NCBI GenBank assembly: GCA_964459325.1
Contig: CAYWKU010000001.1
Location: forward strand, 158,040 to 222,039
Source of the DNA: an uncultured bacterium
Lineage (GTDB): Bacteria > RBG-13-61-14 > CAYWKU01
Direction of reading: 5' to 3'
Length of the DNA stretch: 64,000 nucleotides
The notes below the pieces were generated by a model. That model was not told the origin of the DNA and searched no databases. It saw nothing but the letters and a program-made list of their open reading frames with translations. Each line of letters begins with the position of its first letter. Positions within the stretch are counted from its first letter, which is position 1. A program made the position numbers and the translations under genes. Shown here piece after piece: positions 59,580 to 64,000 of the stretch.

Positions 59580-60773
59580 TCAGTCCACGTATTTGTAGCG
59601 GTTCAACTTATCCAGCAGTTTCGGCGGCACTTCCCGGGTGTCGGGTCTCCAGGTGATTTCAGGCAGACCGCCCCGCAATTTCGCAGCCGCCGACATGGTC
59701 GGGTCGGTCGGAACCTTTTTTATGTCTACCTCGGGGAAGTCCTGGGCCTTCTCCGCCTGTTCCTTTCCCCAACCGGTCTTGACTACGAACTTGTTCACCC
59801 GGGTGGCCGGCAGTTTTCGCGGGTCTTTGAGCCGGGCGAACGTCGAGGTTTCGTTCTCGTAGTTGTACAGGTACCACGCAGTGGCGGCCACGTCATGAGC
59901 GGTCAGATTCTCGCTCGCGATAACCAGTCCCGGGTCGGGCTTGGTAACGTAACCCTTGTCCGGGCCGTAAGTGGAAAGCACTTGATTGGCCACCGAAAGC
60001 GTCAGCCTCAGCTTCTTGTCGAATACCGGCGACGAATGAACTTCCACTACCTTCTCGAAAAAAGTCGCCGCGTCGCGATGAAGCTCGAGGCGGCTGTCGT
60101 GCCGCAGCCACCCGACGGCGGCCTTGTAACCGAGGGTTAGCCCGGCTATGGCATGGCTTCCGACGCGTGGAAGCAGCACCACGTGGTCGGCTTCCTTCAG
60201 GATGTTCGGCAGCATGAAGCCGTCCTTCCAGTGCCCGCCCGAGCCGATGCTCTCGGAGAAGTAATCATTGTAAGGCCCTTCTTCGGGGTAAAAGACTTCA
60301 GCGCCGCCGTCAATGGCTGCCTGGTATAAGTGATTGTTTTTCATGAGCTTTCGGGTGGAGCCTTCCAGTCCTTCGGATGACCGGCGTATATGTTCCACCC
60401 CCGCCTGGTCAACCACCACCACCCGGCCCGCTCCTTTTTCCTTCAATAGGGAGGCCATCGCTTTTAGGCCGGCGGGGTGAGTGACGGCGGGATAGGGTTG
60501 CCCCGAGTTGCAAACGGGTTTGATTACCACCGTGTCGCCTTTCCCGAGCCATCCGAAATCGGTAGTCGCCAGCGCCACCCGCCTTACGGCTTCCTCCACT
60601 GCGGAATCGTCGGCTTTCGGGCCCAGCGCCGTAACGTGCACCGGGTAGTTGGCCGGACTTTGCTTCGCGAACAGCTTGGCGCCCGGCAGAAGCGACAGCG
60701 CCAGGGTCGCCGTGGCGCCCGTTCCGATGAAATCCCTGCGGGACAGGCGGTACCGTATTTTATCGTCGCTCAT
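59580..60773 (-). CDS. DUF362 domain protein with twin-arginine signal
   Basis: RRDFIGTGATATLAL Tat motif, plus GDTVVIKPVCN and VVVDQAG typical of DUF362. Confidence 0.6.
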   Translation of the reverse strand: MSDDKIRYRLSRRDFIGTGATATLALSLLPGAKLFAKQSPANYPVHVTALGPKADDSAVEEAVRRVALATTDFGWLGKGDTVVIKPVCNSGQPYPAVTHPAGLKAMASLLKEKGAGRVVVVDQAGVEHIRRSSEGLEGSTRKLMKNNHLYQAAIDGGAEVFYPEEGPYNDYFSESIGSGGHWKDGFMLPNILKEADHVVLLPRVGSHAIAGLTLGYKAAVGWLRHDSRLELHRDAATFFEKVVEVHSSPVFDKKLRLTLSVANQVLSTYGPDKGYVTKPDPGLVIASENLTAHDVAATAWYLYNYENETSTFARLKDPRKLPATRVNKFVVKTGWGKEQAEKAQDFPEVDIKKVPTDPTMSAAAKLRGGLPEITWRPDTREVPPKLLDKLNRYKYVD

Positions 60774-60870
60774 AAAGTGCCCCCTTATTAAGGTTAGTGA
60801 CCACTAAGCAGGATAAACCAGAATATGGAAATATTCAATGTTTTCGATGCGGAAGCCGGGGTGAACGGTT

Positions 60871-63090
60871 TTACTTTCCAATCGCTCCCCTTTTCGCTTC
60901 CTTTCGTATGTACAACACTCCGGCGGTCCCCAGGGCCACTACCAGCAGGGCGGTGATGTGCATGGAAGTAGTAACGCCCCACAACGGTATTAACAGTGTC
61001 GGGATAAAAAGGGCCGCCAGCGCGCCGCCTGCCAGGTCGGCGAAATTGAGAAGTCCTCCCAGTTTACCCGCTTCATGCTGGACATTTTCGCGGGATAAGG
61101 CGCCCAAACCAAAAAAGATACCGGCGGCAAAGGAAATAACAAATAGGTCAAGAACTAAAAGTGAAATCTCCAAAAAGGAATCGGGATTTTCCGCATAATT
61201 TACCAAAAAAACTAATCCGAGAAAGAGAAGTAAGAGCATTCGGCGCATTTCGATATTTTTCATTCGGTAGCTTACGGTGGTACCCAAGCTTACCCCGACC
61301 ATGTATAAAGTCACCAACAGGCCGATGTAGCCGTATAAAGCGCCGAGGCCGACTTGCACCAGGTATATGGCTGCCATCTCGAAGGCCATTCCCGCGAAGC
61401 CGACAATCATCACCATGGGAATTACGGCCCAAGGCCGGGTGCCTTTTCTGAAGGCGGTGAACTGTGCCGCAAGGAGGAGGACCAGAATTCCCATAAGGGG
61501 TAGCGGCTTCAACGCCCCCCTGATGCTCTCCAGGCCGCCTCCTCCCGCGTAAAACCGGCTCAGCCAAACACCCGTCAGGTAGGCGTATCCCGCCGGGCGG
61601 TTATCGGTGTTGACCGTTCCTCCGGGGGTTTCTTTGATTGCCCGGCGGTATGAGCTGAAGCGGTGCTCGGTGAGGTCGTAGCGCAGCTTTTCGGGCCTGA
61701 AATACTCACCTTTCAGGCCGAGAGAGTTCATATTTTGGATTATTTCCCCGGCGTCTTGCGGAAGCTCGTTGAAAATGGACGCCGCGTGGTAAAACCTGCC
61801 CAGTGGATACACTTCGATTCGCGGGAAGTGGCTCTTCAGCGCCTTCCTTATCGATTTTAAAAACAGCGCCTGCTTGTCGCTTATGTAGTTGGCATACTCC
61901 CCGACGGCGAAAATCAGGGTACCGTTGTCGGAAATCAGGCGGCTGGTTTCCTTGAAAAACTCGCGGGTATAATACCGGTTCTGTGCCAGTGTTTGAGGGT
62001 CTCCCACCTCCAGCACCACCAGGTCGAACGATTTCGGCTCCGCGTTGCGAATGAACCTCCTGCCGTCCACTACATGAAGCCTTACCCGGTCGTCATTCCA
62101 CACATCGGACGGTATGCGCTTTTCCATTTCGATGGCCTTGGGGTCTATCTGGCAGTAGTCCAGCCTTTCGACGGGGCCGTCCAGGAGCTTGGCGCCGACG
62201 GTAGTCAGTCCGCCTCCTACCAGAAGCACATCTTCCGCATCCGGGGTAGTGGAAAGGGCGAGGTAGGCCATTGTTTCATCCGAAGGGCCGCCCGGCCAGG
62301 TCAGGGCGGGGGAGCCGTTGATGAACAGGTTATATTCATTATCCCTTTCGGTCATCATCAGGTGTGAGTAGCGGGAATCTTCTTCCGCCACCGACGGATA
62401 CCCGGGCCACGCCAGTCGGTGGGAAAGCCGGGTCGAGTAGGGGGTGAATATTAGTGCCAAAGCGGCAACCGCCAGGGCCGCCCAGCCGGCGCTTCTTCGG
62501 AAGTCTTTGCCCGAATCCAGGGCCAACCCGGCGGCGGCGATGGCGGGTATCACGAATATGGCCCGGTCGGCGCTGAGCACCGGCAGCAGCAATCCTCCGG
62601 CCACAAGACCTCCCAGGCCCGCTCCGAGGGCGTCCCACAGGTAAGTCCGGGCCACCGCCGTGCCGGGGCTTTCCTGCCCCAGCCGGCATCCCACTGCGAA
62701 AGCGGCTCCCGTGCACAGGCAGATGGGCGCCAGCGCCGGCACTAAAAACAGAAAGGACTTGCCCGGGCTTACCAGCACGGCGGGGGCGACGCCGAGGATT
62801 TGTTTTGCGCCGCTGATGATGTAATGGGTCACCGGCAAAAGCACCGCTCCCGCCCCGAGAAGCAGCTTCATCCGGCCCCGGGCTTCGCCACGTATGTAGC
62901 CTCCCGCCAGCGAGCCGACGCCCATCCAAGCGGTCCACGAAAACAGAATCGGGCCTACGACCATTTCGTTGCCCGAGAATATCACCATCCCGGAGCGCAG
63001 GATGACCACCTGGGAGCCGATGGCGATGAATCCCATTAAAAACCACAGGTGAGCTACAATTTCCGACGGCTTTTTCGCTGTGTCGCTCAT
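60871..63090 (-). CDS. membrane-embedded spermidine synthase-like (polyamine aminopropyltransferase) fusion protein
   Basis: Central VLLVGGGLTTVG...DYCQIDP...VVDGRRF...DLVVLEVGDP SpeE-like domain flanked by multi-TM regions; first ATG at 63090. Confidence 0.65.
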   Translation of the reverse strand: MSDTAKKPSEIVAHLWFLMGFIAIGSQVVILRSGMVIFSGNEMVVGPILFSWTAWMGVGSLAGGYIRGEARGRMKLLLGAGAVLLPVTHYIISGAKQILGVAPAVLVSPGKSFLFLVPALAPICLCTGAAFAVGCRLGQESPGTAVARTYLWDALGAGLGGLVAGGLLLPVLSADRAIFVIPAIAAAGLALDSGKDFRRSAGWAALAVAALALIFTPYSTRLSHRLAWPGYPSVAEEDSRYSHLMMTERDNEYNLFINGSPALTWPGGPSDETMAYLALSTTPDAEDVLLVGGGLTTVGAKLLDGPVERLDYCQIDPKAIEMEKRIPSDVWNDDRVRLHVVDGRRFIRNAEPKSFDLVVLEVGDPQTLAQNRYYTREFFKETSRLISDNGTLIFAVGEYANYISDKQALFLKSIRKALKSHFPRIEVYPLGRFYHAASIFNELPQDAGEIIQNMNSLGLKGEYFRPEKLRYDLTEHRFSSYRRAIKETPGGTVNTDNRPAGYAYLTGVWLSRFYAGGGGLESIRGALKPLPLMGILVLLLAAQFTAFRKGTRPWAVIPMVMIVGFAGMAFEMAAIYLVQVGLGALYGYIGLLVTLYMVGVSLGTTVSYRMKNIEMRRMLLLLFLGLVFLVNYAENPDSFLEISLLVLDLFVISFAAGIFFGLGALSRENVQHEAGKLGGLLNFADLAGGALAALFIPTLLIPLWGVTTSMHITALLVVALGTAGVLYIRKEAKRGAIGK

Positions 63091-63234
63091 ACCCGGCAAA
63101 TTAAAACATTTTCTGTGCAAATAACAACCGCAAACCCCCGGCGGGAAAACGGTAAATGGCCTTTTGGAAAAGCCCTTTAAAATGGGTTACGATTTAGTCA
63201 CTTTTACCGATTAAGAGGTAAGCGGGAAAAGGAA

Positions 63235-64000
63235 TGATGAATAACGGCCTGAAAGACGCAGGCGGGGATCGGTCATGGTTGCTGTGCGCGGCATTCTGCG
63301 CGTTCTACCTTGCCCTTGCAATCTACACGTCCCCTCATTACGGAATTACCTGGGACCAGGCGCTGCAGGATTGGTACTTTGCCGAAAGAAACCTGCGGTA
63401 CCTGTTGACTTTCAACAAAGCCTGGCTCGATTTCAGCCGGGAAGTATCTTTCGCCATGGGCGGCTCACATCCGATTTTGTCTCACAACGATTCTCCTTAC
63501 ATAACCATGCACTTTGGTAACCTCCTGTCATCGGCGGGATGCTACCTGTTTTTCGTCAAGCTGGATATGCTGGGGGCAATTGAAGCTCACCAGGTACCCA
63601 ACTTTCTGCTCATGGCGGCGGCGCTCGCCGTCATGTTCGTCTTTGTCCGGAAAAACTTCGGGACGGCGGCGGCATTAATATCGTTGTTCGCAATAGCCTT
63701 TCAGCCCCGTTTCTGGGCTCATGCACATTTCAACACTAAGGATTTTCCTTACGCCTGCATGATGGTCTTTACCATGCTGGCCGTCCGGAGAGCCATACCG
63801 GACCGCAGGGCCTTATGGATGATTTCGGGGGCGATTCTGCTGGGTTTGGCCGGAGCCACCAAGCCCAACGCGGCGCTTATTCCGGCGATAGTTTTTGTCT
63901 GGTTTCTACTGGCCCGGAAGGATGAGACTTATCGCTCGCGCGTGAAAGACTCAAAGCAAGGCAGTGGCAGCGGGCGGGGTTTTGTGGGTGCGCTGATGGT
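63235..64000 (+). CDS. polytopic membrane protein, partial (runs off the window end); possibly an ArnT/PMT-like glycosyltransferase
   Basis: Open frame from the ATG at 63235 with RBS AAGAGG, no stop to the end of the window, several hydrophobic helices. Not in the ORF track because it is unterminated. Confidence 0.4.

Overview
This window looks like a roughly 58% GC bacterial chromosome segment. Gene content (sulfur and iron-sulfur flavoproteins, a B12-radical SAM enzyme, an archaeal-type thiolase, many secreted and c-di-GMP-linked proteins) hints at a Desulfobacterota- or Nitrospirota-like anaerobe, but that is a guess. Most of it is housekeeping: dusB, trxB, galK, rimO, purA, serA, a class V aminotransferase, mtnA, a tRNA-Lys(UUU), an NCS2 permease and a sirtuin. 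These are interleaved with envelope and signalling genes: a GT-C glycosyltransferase with TPR repeats, a GH38 mannosidase, an M15-type peptidase, a rhomboid protease, PilZ, receiver/PilZ and MshEN-domain proteins, and a CsgG-like outer-membrane operon. The clearest accessory patch runs from about 12.1 to 20.5 kb and contains four things. First, a 1.9-kb cassette-like island of lower GC, bounded by 27-bp terminal inverted repeats and imperfect 18-bp direct repeats that duplicate the 3' end of the adjacent gene, with three copies of a structured element of about 115 to 155 bp (copies 1-3: 116, 153, 142 bp). Second, a low-GC sulfotransferase gene. Third, a methylisocitrate-lyase-family gene interrupted by an in-frame TGA. 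Fourth, two flanking copies of another palindromic repeat carrying the conserved core CGTAACGCC...GGCGTTACG. Other notable items are a dusB-linked NtrC-like protein with a degenerate receiver and ATPase that sits where Fis normally sits, a membrane winged-helix protein plus Memo operon, and a rifampin-phosphotransferase-sized PEP-utilising protein whose swivel histidine appears replaced. There is also a metalloprotease with a sorting-signal-like C-terminus, a DUF4124/MshEN/Fe-S DUF3786 operon, an SfsA-DUF123 fusion, several covarying hairpin elements, a terminator-like leader upstream of a membrane hydrolase, and operator-like palindromes beside a B12-radical SAM gene. Every family call below comes from reading motifs by eye. 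No searches were run.
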